The position numbers and the translations under genes are program-made. From Planctomycetota bacterium (GTDB lineage: Bacteria; Planctomycetota; B15-G4; SIAN01): a stretch of 64,000 bases of DNA. Under the pieces are notes generated by a model, which saw only the letters and a list, made by a program, of their open reading frames with translations, ran no database searches and was not told the DNA's origin. The stretch covers positions 1-64,000 of the forward strand of contig JANNXA010000009.1 in NCBI GenBank assembly GCA_031409275.1. Reading direction: 5' to 3'. Positions 53,864-62,415 of the stretch are shown here, in pieces. How positions within the stretch are numbered: position 1 is the stretch's first letter; every line of letters starts with the position of its first letter.

Positions 53864-55217
53864 ACCCGGCGCGCGCGCGATCCGCGGTCGCCATCGCCGC
53901 CGGCAGCTGCGCGGGCTCCTCCACCGCGGCCAGCTCGCGACCCGCGACCAGGACGTGGGCCACCGCGCGAGCGACCACCGCGAAGCCGTGCCGCGCCAGC
54001 AGCTCCTGCTCGCGAGCCGGATCGAGAGCGAGCACCAGCTTGCTCGGCGCGTAGGTGCGGCGAGCCACGGCCAGCAGCTCGTCGCGGCGAGGATCCTCGG
54101 TCGCGCCGACCACGAAGATGCACTGCGGCGGATGGAAGAAGAGCTCGACCGCGCGACCGTACTCCGCCGTGTGGTAGCCGTAGAGCGGATAGTCCGACGC
54201 GAACGCGCCCAGCGTCCGCTCGGCCAGCGTCCGCCACTGCGGACGCGCCAGCAGCCAGCTCGCGCGCAGGAGCGCCTCGGCCAGAAGGCCGTTTTCGAGC
54301 AGCGCCTCCTGACGTCGCCGCGACTGCGCGAAGTGCGGCGCATCGTCGCGCACATCGGAGAAGCCGCCGTGTTGCGCCGACTCCTTCTTCTGCAGCAGGT
54401 CGATCAGCTCTTCCACCCGCGGCAACTGCTCGTTGCGGCCGGCGAATTGGATCGCGTGCAGCAGCGCTCGCACCGCGAAGACCTGGTCGGCGACCAGGCC
54501 GAGGATCTGACGGCTGCCGTCCGGCGTGATGGAGTGGTAGGCGCCTTGGCCGTGGCTGATCAGCCGATCGACCAGGAAGTTCATCGCCTCGAGCGCGCGC
54601 CGGGTCGCCCTCTCATCACCGAGGACGGCTCCCGCCTTGAGGAACGCGGAGATCGTCGCGGCGAGCGACCGCGTGGTGACCACGCTCTCGACGCGCGGCG
54701 GCTTGCGATCAGCACGCGAACGCTCGGGCAAGGCGTAGTAGCCGTCGTCCGCCTCCTGGCCTGCGAACCAGCCGCCGGTCGTCGCGTCGCGCAGCCGGTG
54801 CTCGACATAGGAGAGCGTCTTCTGCGCCACCTTGCGGAACTCGTCGCGACCGAAGAGCTGCCACGCTTCGAGGTAGTTGCGCAGCAACCCCGCCTGGGTC
54901 TCGAGCAGCTTCTCGGTGCACGGCTGGCGCCAGTCGCGCGTCGCGCAATAGCGGAAGAAGCCGCCCTCCACCGGGTCCATGAGCCCGCCTTGCGCCATCT
55001 CAGCGAGCGATCGCTGGGCGATCTCGCGGAAAGCGGGATTGCCCGTCTTCTCGGCCCACAGCAGCGCGAAGTCGAGCGCCTCCGGGTGCGGGAACTTCTG
55101 GCCGGTGCCAAACCCGCCGTGGCCGGCGTCGAACGCCTGCAAGATCGCCTGCGCGATGCGATCGAGGATCGCGGGGGTGAACCCGGCGCCCGCGCCCTGC
55201 TTGCGGCTGCTGTTCAT
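53853..55217 (-). CDS. YyaL/SPATA20-like six-hairpin glycosidase-fold protein lacking the N-terminal thioredoxin domain
   Basis: FD..HGGFG..QKFP, MAQGGLMD.VEGGFFRY...W..P..EKLL, GGWFAGQEAD. Confidence 0.75.
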   Translation of the reverse strand: MNSSRKQGAGAGFTPAILDRIAQAILQAFDAGHGGFGTGQKFPHPEALDFALLWAEKTGNPAFREIAQRSLAEMAQGGLMDPVEGGFFRYCATRDWRQPCTEKLLETQAGLLRNYLEAWQLFGRDEFRKVAQKTLSYVEHRLRDATTGGWFAGQEADDGYYALPERSRADRKPPRVESVVTTRSLAATISAFLKAGAVLGDERATRRALEAMNFLVDRLISHGQGAYHSITPDGSRQILGLVADQVFAVRALLHAIQFAGRNEQLPRVEELIDLLQKKESAQHGGFSDVRDDAPHFAQSRRRQEALLENGLLAEALLRASWLLARPQWRTLAERTLGAFASDYPLYGYHTAEYGRAVELFFHPPQCIFVVGATEDPRRDELLAVARRTYAPSKLVLALDPAREQELLARHGFAVVARAVAHVLVAGRELAAVEEPAQLPAAMATADRARAGFTA

Positions 55218-55254
55218 GGCTCGCTCCGCCGCGTCCGACTGCGCGGCCTCACTC

Positions 55255-55287
55255 GTGTCCTGATCCCGAGCTTCGGGATCAGAACAG
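55255..55287. repeat. Short palindrome sharing termini with the adjacent MITE-like element
   Basis: GTGTCCTGATCCCGA-GCT-TCGGGATCAGAACAG. Confidence 0.75.
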
Positions 55288-55289
55288 TG

Positions 55290-55450
55290 GTGTCCTGGAA
55301 CAGAAGTTCGCGAACACGGACCGAGGCGATGTTTGGGTCAGGCGAGGAGTGCCGACGAAGCAACTTCCGTGGCAGTGGGTGAGGAGGCGAGACGAAGCAT
55401 GGCGCAAAGAGCGCCCGGTTTCGTGGAAGCGAACTTCTGTTCCAGAACAC
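55290..55450. mobile_element. MITE-like element B / structured RNA candidate
   Basis: 22-bp terminal IR GTGTCCTGGAACAGAAGTTCGC (55290-55311) / GCGAACTTCTGTTCCAGAACAC (55429-55450), 21/22 match. Rod-like internal pairing. Right flank TA, left flank TG. Confidence 0.65.
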
Positions 55451-55467
55451 TAGCTCACGGATGCGCG

Positions 55468-55833
55468 TCAGCTCGTCGCGCGAGCGGGGCGGCGGCGCAA
55501 CGGAATGCGCGGGGCATCGGCCCACAACGACTCGAGGTCGTAGTAGGTGCGGCCATCACGGTCGAACAAGTGCACGACCACGTCACCGAGGTCGAGCAGC
55601 ACCCAGCGATCGGAGCCGCTGCCCTCGACGCGTCGCGTCTTGCGACCGATCGCTTCCGCCTCGTCCGCCAGCCCTTCGGCCACCGCGCGCAGCTGCCGCT
55701 TGTTCTTGGCCGACGCGATCACGAAGTAGTCGGAGATCACGGTGCGCTGCTGCACGTCGAGCAGCAGGATGTCGTCGCACTTCTTGTCGATGGCGATCTC
55801 AGCGCAACGGTGTGCGAGTTCCAGCGAATCCAA
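55468..55833 (-). CDS. rsfS: Ribosome silencing factor
   Basis: DKKCDDI.LLDV, DYFVIAS, RVEG...RWVLLDLGDVVVHLF...R.YYDLESLW; TTG start. Confidence 0.96.
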   Translation of the reverse strand: MDSLELAHRCAEIAIDKKCDDILLLDVQQRTVISDYFVIASAKNKRQLRAVAEGLADEAEAIGRKTRRVEGSGSDRWVLLDLGDVVVHLFDRDGRTYYDLESLWADAPRIPLRRRPARATS

Positions 55834-55839
55834 ATCGTC

Positions 55840-57375
55840 CTACCTTCCGTGCGGCGCTGCCGCGAGCGCGAGGAACACCAAGGCCAGCAACCACGGCACG
55901 AGCGCGACGAGTCGAGCCTCGCTTCCGTGGTCGCTTCGCGTCAGACCTTCGCGGGCTGCCAGCGGTGCCGGCAACACCGCGAGGAAGCTGACGACAAGCA
56001 TCCCCGCGACCACACTGCCCTGCAGCGCCGGGGCGAGCTTCGACAGCCCGACCGCCACGCCCACCGACAGCAAAGAGGGCGCGATCATGGCGCGCGCCCC
56101 CCCTCGCGTCGAGATCGCGTCGGGCGCGCCCCCTTGCCGCAGCGACGCCGCGAGCACTTCGCCGGCGAACACGCCAAGCAGCAGTGCCCCCAAGGCAACC
56201 GCCGCCGGAACGTGCGCTGCGCCGCTCGCGCCGCCGCCGGACAGGCAGAGCAACCCGGCGAACGCCAGGAACCAGCGACCGTGATCGTCGACCAGGCGCG
56301 CCTGCTCTGCGGCGGCGCCAGCGGCCTCGTCGGGCGCCACGGTCTGGGTGAAGCGTTCGCCGAAACGAGAGCCGCACCCGATCGCCGCCAACGCCACCCA
56401 CGGCAGCGCTCGATCGCCCCCCACGCGCCAGGCGACCATCCAGGCCGCGCCGTGCCACGCGAGGAGCCAGCCGGCGCGGCTGCGCGAGCCGATCGCGGAC
56501 GGATCGGCCAGCGACCGCTCGCGCAACCAACGGCCAGTGGCGCGAAGCGCCAACATCAGCGCAAAGCCGATGACGAGCGGGACGGTGATGCGCGCGACGC
56601 CGTCGGCGGCGTCGACCGACGAAGCGAACAGCGGCACGATCGCGAGAGGAAGCAGCTCGACGAGGTGCGCGCCCGGAAACTTGAGGCGCGACGGCAACGA
56701 CGCGAACGCGAGCGCGAACGTCGCCAGCCCGAGCGCCAACGCCGCGCTGTCGCGCGCGGCCAGGGCGAACGCGGCCTGCAGCGCCGCCGCTTCGAGGGCG
56801 CCATCGACCGCCGCTCGCAGGCCACTCTCCGAGCGACCGCTGGCGAGCGCCGCGGCGGTGAGCGTCGCCGCCGCCGCGAGCGCGATCGCGGCGGTCGCGT
56901 CGAAGCCGAAGGTGCACAGCAACGTGGGGGCGAGCAGGGCGAGGCCACGCACGGCGCCGCTCGCCGCACTCGCCCCTTCGCGCGCCAGAAGGCGTGCCGC
57001 GTCTCCCGCCGCTGCCGCGACCCGTGTCGTCGTCAGCAGCGCGAAGTGGTGCGCGGCGGCGCTTGCGGCAAGAGTCGCCACAACGCCGACCATGGCCGCC
57101 GCTGCCACCGCGCGACCGCTCCCGCTGTCGGCGACGACGAGCGCCATCACGAACGCGCCGACCGCAACGATCGCCAACGGCGACGCGCGCGAACGCCAGG
57201 CTCGCCAGGAGACCGCTGCTTCGCCTGCCGCCGATAGTTGCGCGGCGAGCTCGCCACCACTGCGCGCCAGCAGTCCGACTCGCAGCAGCAGCACTGCGAC
57301 TGCGGCCCACGCCACGCCCACCCAAGCGAGGAGCGACCACGGCCAGGCGACGGCGAGGAGGAGCGGGAAGTGCAT
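55840..57375 (-). CDS. Polytopic membrane protein, degenerate membrane-pyrophosphatase (HppA)-like
   Basis: Ala/Leu-rich multi-TM protein. Segments TTRVAAAA, LAREGASAASGAVRGLALL and ISTRGGARAMIAPSLL align by eye to HppA TM regions; no catalytic acidic motifs. Confidence 0.55.
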   Translation of the reverse strand: MHFPLLLAVAWPWSLLAWVGVAWAAVAVLLLRVGLLARSGGELAAQLSAAGEAAVSWRAWRSRASPLAIVAVGAFVMALVVADSGSGRAVAAAAMVGVVATLAASAAAHHFALLTTTRVAAAAGDAARLLAREGASAASGAVRGLALLAPTLLCTFGFDATAAIALAAAATLTAAALASGRSESGLRAAVDGALEAAALQAAFALAARDSAALALGLATFALAFASLPSRLKFPGAHLVELLPLAIVPLFASSVDAADGVARITVPLVIGFALMLALRATGRWLRERSLADPSAIGSRSRAGWLLAWHGAAWMVAWRVGGDRALPWVALAAIGCGSRFGERFTQTVAPDEAAGAAAEQARLVDDHGRWFLAFAGLLCLSGGGASGAAHVPAAVALGALLLGVFAGEVLAASLRQGGAPDAISTRGGARAMIAPSLLSVGVAVGLSKLAPALQGSVVAGMLVVSFLAVLPAPLAAREGLTRSDHGSEARLVALVPWLLALVFLALAAAPHGR

Positions 57376-57388
57376 GCGGTGGCGGAGT

Positions 57389-58099
57389 CTACGCTCGACG
57401 CGCGGCCACGAGCGCGGCGCGCAGCAGCTCGGGGAGCCCTGGTTCAGCCAGCAGTTCGTCGGCCGCAGCGCCGACTGCCGCGCGCGATCCGGCCGGGCGC
57501 GAATCGTCACGAAGCAGTGCTTCGATCACCGCGGCGAGTTCGCTCACGATCAGGGCGCGTTCGAGCGGCGCTTCGGCGCCATGGCGCAGCGCGCGACGCA
57601 GCAGCTCGAACGCATGACCCAGGGGATCGGTGCGAACCGGAAGCGGCGCGAGGGCGAGTCGCTCGGGCGACACGCGCAGGTAGTTGAGCACGGCCGCGGC
57701 TTCGACGAGATCGATCCGCGCATGACGCGGGTGCAGCTCGCGGCCGCTGGCGAGGATCTCGAAGCCGGCGCGCACGCACTCGGCGCGCTCCGCCATCGAA
57801 CGGCTGAGCGCCGGCGCATCGAAGAGGAACCAGCCACCGAACGTGGCGAAATCGGTCGCGCTTTCGGGCACCAGGGCCAGCACGCGCCATGCGTCCGCGA
57901 GCTGGCCGAGCACGGTCGAATCGCGCCGCCGCGCCTCGAAACGGAGGCGCACGACGGTCGCGATCCAGGGACGCAACGGGCCGAGCAGAGCCGCCGCCGA
58001 CGCGCCAGGAATCGCCACGACCGCTGGCGCCGGCAGCACCGCCCACGCCGACGCGAACGCGAGGCACGCCAGCGCGAATCCGAGTGTGCGCGCTCTCAT
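57389..58099 (-). CDS. Hypothetical helical protein associated with the ABC cluster
   Basis: ATGA coupling with the permease; N-terminal TM; TPR-like ERAECVRAGFEILASGRELHP. Confidence 0.65.
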   Translation of the reverse strand: MRARTLGFALACLAFASAWAVLPAPAVVAIPGASAAALLGPLRPWIATVVRLRFEARRRDSTVLGQLADAWRVLALVPESATDFATFGGWFLFDAPALSRSMAERAECVRAGFEILASGRELHPRHARIDLVEAAAVLNYLRVSPERLALAPLPVRTDPLGHAFELLRRALRHGAEAPLERALIVSELAAVIEALLRDDSRPAGSRAAVGAAADELLAEPGLPELLRAALVAARRA

Positions 58100-59310
58100 G
58101 GTGCGCCCCGCGATCGATGGGCGAGCCGGGCCCGTGCCAACCACAGCACCGCCGCCGCGACGGCGCCGGCCAGCGCGAACGTGGTCCGGTCGCTCGTCTG
58201 CCAGGGGGGCGCCGCGGCGACGGTCCGCTCGACCGCGCGCAACGCGACGAGGTCGGGCAGCGCGAAGAAGAGCTGCTCGAAGCGATGGGCCCACCATCGC
58301 GCTCCCTCGTCGAGCGGTGCGTGCGGATCGGCGGCGGCGCTCGCGACCGCCTCGAAAAGGGCGCGCAAATTGGCGAGCAACAACAGCAGCGCGCCGCCGG
58401 CGCAGGCCAGCAGCTCGCCAACCCACGTCGCCAGCCCGATGCCCAGCGCCGCCGCGAAGCCGATCTCCGCCACGCCGCCCGCGATCAGGCGCACCAAGGT
58501 CGGCCACCATGCGCGCGGTGCGCCGCGCAACACCACCTCGTCGAGCTCGACGCGCACGATGGCCGAGGTCGCGGTGGAGTGCCACTCGGCGCGCATCGGT
58601 GGACCCGCGGGCAGCGCGATCTTCCAGGTCGCCAACGACTCGCCCGCCGCAGGTCGCCAGAGGCGCTCGCCAATCTGCAAAGTGAAATCGGCGGGCGCTG
58701 CGCCACCGCTGCGGAGCGCGGTCGCCCACGGCACCACGATCTCGACCGGCTCCGTGGTCGCAGCGAAGTCGATCACCAGCCGCTCGCCGGGATCGAGCAG
58801 TGCCGGGCCGCGCTGCCAACGTTGCCGCGAGCCATCCGCCAGCGTCCGCTCGATCTGCAGCGGCAGGAAGCGCGGTCGCGGTGCGAGTTCGTCGCGGTGC
58901 GAACGCAAGCAGCCCGGCGCCAGCAGCACGATCCAGGCGAAGAGCGGCGCCACCCCCAGCGCGAGACCCGACGTCACGCCGAGCCAGCGGCCGAGCAGCG
59001 CCTCGCTGGCGCGCAACGGCGTGATGCGCCAGCTCTCGAACGATCCGACCCGGCGATCCTCGCCCGCTGCGTGCGCACCGGCCAACAGCGCGGCCGCGCT
59101 CGCCACGACGGCCAACAACGTCATCCGGCGTTCGAGCAGGAGGACGGCGGCTTCGTTCGCGGTCGCGGCGCGTGGGTCGGCGAGCGCAAACCACCACGCC
59201 GCGGCCAGCAGGATCGCGAGCGCCACGCCGCGTCCTGAGAAGAGGTCGCGCCGCGTCGCATGCGCCACCGCCGCCACGCGCCGCAGCGAATCGAAGCGCG
59301 CACCCCTCAT
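58096..59310 (-). CDS. ABC-2-type transporter permease with extracellular domain
   Basis: EDRRVGSFESWRITPLRASEALLGRWLG; multiple TMs; LPDL near the C-terminus; ATGA overlap. Confidence 0.78.
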   Translation of the reverse strand: MRGARFDSLRRVAAVAHATRRDLFSGRGVALAILLAAAWWFALADPRAATANEAAVLLLERRMTLLAVVASAAALLAGAHAAGEDRRVGSFESWRITPLRASEALLGRWLGVTSGLALGVAPLFAWIVLLAPGCLRSHRDELAPRPRFLPLQIERTLADGSRQRWQRGPALLDPGERLVIDFAATTEPVEIVVPWATALRSGGAAPADFTLQIGERLWRPAAGESLATWKIALPAGPPMRAEWHSTATSAIVRVELDEVVLRGAPRAWWPTLVRLIAGGVAEIGFAAALGIGLATWVGELLACAGGALLLLLANLRALFEAVASAAADPHAPLDEGARWWAHRFEQLFFALPDLVALRAVERTVAAAPPWQTSDRTTFALAGAVAAAVLWLARARLAHRSRGAP

Positions 59311-60050
59311 CCGTTGCCTCGCGCGCGTCGCAGCAGTTGCGCGAAACCGAGGCGCTCGCCGGTCGGACCTCGCATCAGCTCCGCGGGCGGTCCACTGGCC
59401 ACGAGGATGCCGCCGTCGAGGATGCAGAGCTGATCACCGCCGGCCTGCCCATCGAGCAGCACGTGCGACGACAGCAGGATGCTGGCGCCGGCACGCGCGC
59501 GGGCGGCCAGCGCAGCGAGCAGCAGCTCGGCCGACTCCGGGTCGACCCCGTCGAGCGGCTCGTCGAGCAGCAGCAGCTCGGCTCCGGTGGCAAGCGCTTG
59601 CGCGATGCCCACGCGGCGCCGTTCACCCTTCGAGAGCGTCGCATACGAGCGCTTCGCCAGCGGATCGAGCAGGGCCGCCGTCAGCGCCTCTTCGACGCGT
59701 GCGCGTCGCGCCGCGCCAGCGAACCCGTAGAGCGCCGCCGCGAGTTCGAGCAGTTCACGCACCTGGAGCCGCCAGGTCGCGTCGCTTGCCTCCGGCATCC
59801 ACGCGACGCGACCGCGCAGCTCCTTCGCGCCGGGCGCGTGGTCGAGCAGCGTCACCTCGCCCGCGCTCGGCAGGGTCACCCCCGCCAGCAGCCGCAACAG
59901 CGTGCTCTTCCCCGCGCCATTGGCCCCCGCCAGCAGCTGCAGCGTGCCACGCTCCATGGTGAACGAGACATCACGCAGCGCGACGCGCGGCGCCGACCAT
60001 GGCCACGGGCGGTAGCGGTAGGCGAGGTGCTGCGCGCAGATCGCTGACAC
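59307..60050 (-). CDS. ABC transporter ATP-binding protein
   Basis: GANGAGKS, LSKGERRR, LLLLDEP, SSH. Confidence 0.93.
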   Translation of the reverse strand: MSAICAQHLAYRYRPWPWSAPRVALRDVSFTMERGTLQLLAGANGAGKSTLLRLLAGVTLPSAGEVTLLDHAPGAKELRGRVAWMPEASDATWRLQVRELLELAAALYGFAGAARRARVEEALTAALLDPLAKRSYATLSKGERRRVGIAQALATGAELLLLDEPLDGVDPESAELLLAALAARARAGASILLSSHVLLDGQAGGDQLCILDGGILVASGPPAELMRGPTGERLGFAQLLRRARGNG

Positions 60051-60064
60051 GGGATCGATCGCCC

Positions 60065-60811
60065 TCAGCGTTCGCGCAACTGCTGCAGCAGCTCACGGAA
60101 ACGCGGCAGCTCGCGCAGCGAGTCGAGATCGGAGTCGGTGCTCAACGAATCGAGGAGGTCGCGGAAGCCGGCGGCGTCGCTCTGCTGCAACTTGTCGATC
60201 GCCTCATCGGGACGGCCGAGCCGCGCGAGTCCGCAAGCCTGGTTGTAGAGGCAGATGAAACGCGTGTCCTGACGCGTGGTGCGCACGATGCAGCGCTCGA
60301 AGTCGTCGATCGCATCGGCGTAGCTCTGCAGCAGATGGCGCGCGACGCCGCGTTCGAAGTAGATGCCGTCGAGCTCGGGGTCGACATCGACCGCGACGTT
60401 CAACACGCGGATCGCGGTGGCGTAGTCCGCCTCCTCGACGAGTCGATGCGCCACGTCGACCCAGTGGCGCGCGCTCGATGCGACCGGTGGCTCCGGCGGC
60501 GGCTCCAGCGCCGTCACGTCGTGCGGCAGCTCGATTGGCGACTCGCTCGGCGTCGCCAGCGCGAGATCGGCCGCGAGCGGAGCGACCGCTTGCGGGGCGG
60601 TGCCCGACGTCTCGAGCGGCGCAGCACGTTGCAGCTCGGAGAGCGCTTCGACTTCGAGACGCAACGCGCGCAGCTCATCGACGAGCCGGCTCTGCTGCTC
60701 GCGCAGGGCCGTCAGCGCCGCCGTCTCCGGCGGTGGCAACTGCGCACAGCCGCTCGTGCCGCCGTGCAGCGCCGCCGCGACCGCAAGGAGGAACGGTCGC
60801 CGAATCGCCAT
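60065..60811 (-). CDS. TPR lipoprotein with coiled coil
   Basis: TSGC lipobox-like; TPRs; C-terminal YNQAC...DSDLDSLRELPRFRELL. Confidence 0.8.
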   Translation of the reverse strand: MAIRRPFLLAVAAALHGGTSGCAQLPPPETAALTALREQQSRLVDELRALRLEVEALSELQRAAPLETSGTAPQAVAPLAADLALATPSESPIELPHDVTALEPPPEPPVASSARHWVDVAHRLVEEADYATAIRVLNVAVDVDPELDGIYFERGVARHLLQSYADAIDDFERCIVRTTRQDTRFICLYNQACGLARLGRPDEAIDKLQQSDAAGFRDLLDSLSTDSDLDSLRELPRFRELLQQLRER

Positions 60812-60933
60812 GACTCGATCTCCTTCGCAGCCGCGCCCCAACCTCGGGCGTATGCTCGCCCCCCCGCCACGCGACCGCAACCGCGGCGATTCGTCGCCGT
60901 CGCTGCGCGCCGCCACTGCTCCGGAGGATCACC

Positions 60934-62322
60934 GTGACTCGACGCCCATTCCGCGCCACGCGCCGCGGCTCCGCCGCCCTCGCCCTGCTCCTTTGCGCCT
61001 GCGTGACCGACAAGGTCACCGGCGAGAAGCGCTTCGCTGCAATCCAATGGGACACGCAGGAGGAACAGGCGCTCGGCGACCAGTCGGCACCCAATTTCGA
61101 GCAGCAGTTCGGCGGCGCCTATCCCGATGCGGCCGCGCAGAGCTACCTCGAGAGCGTCGTGAAGGAGATGGCGAGCCACTCGGTGCGCAAGGACGACTTC
61201 GCCTACAAGTTCACGGTGCTCAACTCCGGCGAGCCGAACGCCTTCGCGCTGCCGGGCGGCTACGTCTACATCACGCGCGGGCTGCTCGAGAACCTCGGCT
61301 CCGAAGCGGAATTCGTGGCGATCCTCGGCCACGAGCTCGGCCACGTCGAGCACCAGCATTCGATGCTGCAGCAGAACAAGACGATCGCGGCGCAGGTGCT
61401 GCTCGGCGTCGTCGGCGTGGGCGAGGAGATGCTGCAGAAGGACCCCGATCAGCCGCGCTACGTCTCGGCGATCGCCGGCTACGCGGCGCCCTTGTTCCTG
61501 CTGACCTTCAGTCGCGGCCAGGAAAGCGAGTCGGACGAGCGCGGCGTCTTCTTCGCGAACGCGATGGGCTACGACCCGCGCGAGATGAAGAAGACGTTCG
61601 AGTACTTCGCGCGCCTCGAGGCCGCGGCCGGCAGCTCGACGCCGGCGTTCCTGCGCACCCACCCGACCAACGAGACGCGCATCCACGACATCGACGCGAC
61701 CATCCGGCGGACGTCCCCGCAGGTGCTCGCCAAGCAGCCGGCGCAGTTCCGCGCGCCGGCCGGTCCATCGGATCGCTTCACCCAGATCATTGCGGCGATG
61801 AAGCAGCAGGCGCCCGCCTACCAGAAGCAGGCGCAGGCCGCGAGCCTGCTCGAGAGCGGCGACGCTGCGAAGCTCGGGCAGGCGCAGCAGCTGGCCAAGG
61901 AGGCGATCGCCGCCAACCCCAGCGAGCCGAGCTTCCACAGCCTGCTCGGCGAGATCGAGTTCTCGCAGGAGAAGGGCGACCGCGGACGCGCGAGCTTCGA
62001 GAAGGCGCGCGCGCTGCAGCAGAAGGCGACGCCGAAGAAGGAATTCTGGAAGCCGCTCTTCTTCCTCGGGCTGCTCGACCTCGACGCGGGCAAGGCGGAG
62101 CCGGCGGCGGCATCGCTGCGCCGCGCGGCCGAGCTCTTCCCCGATCAACCGATCGCCCACTACTACCTCGGGCAAGCCGAGGAGAAGGCCGGCCACAAGC
62201 CGGCCGCCGTGGCCGCCTACGCCCGTGCCGCGGAACTGACGCCGGCCGACAGCCCCCTCCACCAGAAGTCGCAGGAGAGGCAAGGACAGCTGTCGTTGCG
62301 TCAGGCCCCGGCGCGGCGCTAG
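60934..62322 (+). CDS. M48-family metalloprotease lipoprotein with C-terminal TPRs (BepA-like)
   Basis: LLCAC lipobox, NAFALPGG, HELGH, SRGQESESD, LRTHP; GGAGG RBS. Confidence 0.92.
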   Translation: MTRRPFRATRRGSAALALLLCACVTDKVTGEKRFAAIQWDTQEEQALGDQSAPNFEQQFGGAYPDAAAQSYLESVVKEMASHSVRKDDFAYKFTVLNSGEPNAFALPGGYVYITRGLLENLGSEAEFVAILGHELGHVEHQHSMLQQNKTIAAQVLLGVVGVGEEMLQKDPDQPRYVSAIAGYAAPLFLLTFSRGQESESDERGVFFANAMGYDPREMKKTFEYFARLEAAAGSSTPAFLRTHPTNETRIHDIDATIRRTSPQVLAKQPAQFRAPAGPSDRFTQIIAAMKQQAPAYQKQAQAASLLESGDAAKLGQAQQLAKEAIAANPSEPSFHSLLGEIEFSQEKGDRGRASFEKARALQQKATPKKEFWKPLFFLGLLDLDAGKAEPAAASLRRAAELFPDQPIAHYYLGQAEEKAGHKPAAVAAYARAAELTPADSPLHQKSQERQGQLSLRQAPARR

Positions 62323-62415
62323 CCCGCTTTTTTTTACGAGCCCCGCCTCGAACCGGCGGCCCGGTCGTCCGTTGAGGTCACTTTTCCCCGCAAACCCTTG
62401 TTTCAGGAGTCCGCG

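Noticed and set aside
55290..55450. 6S RNA or SRP RNA
   Set aside because: The arm distal to the purine-rich loop looks too short for canonical 6S. CAGG and AGCA occur but lack the short stem plus GNRA loop of SRP helix 8. Near-perfect terminal IRs and the shared core with element A favour a MITE-like repeat. An Rfam scan would settle it.
62313..62335. Terminator after the M48 protease
   Set aside because: A T8 tract is present, but the stem is only about 5 bp with a bulge and overlaps the stop codon; too weak to call.
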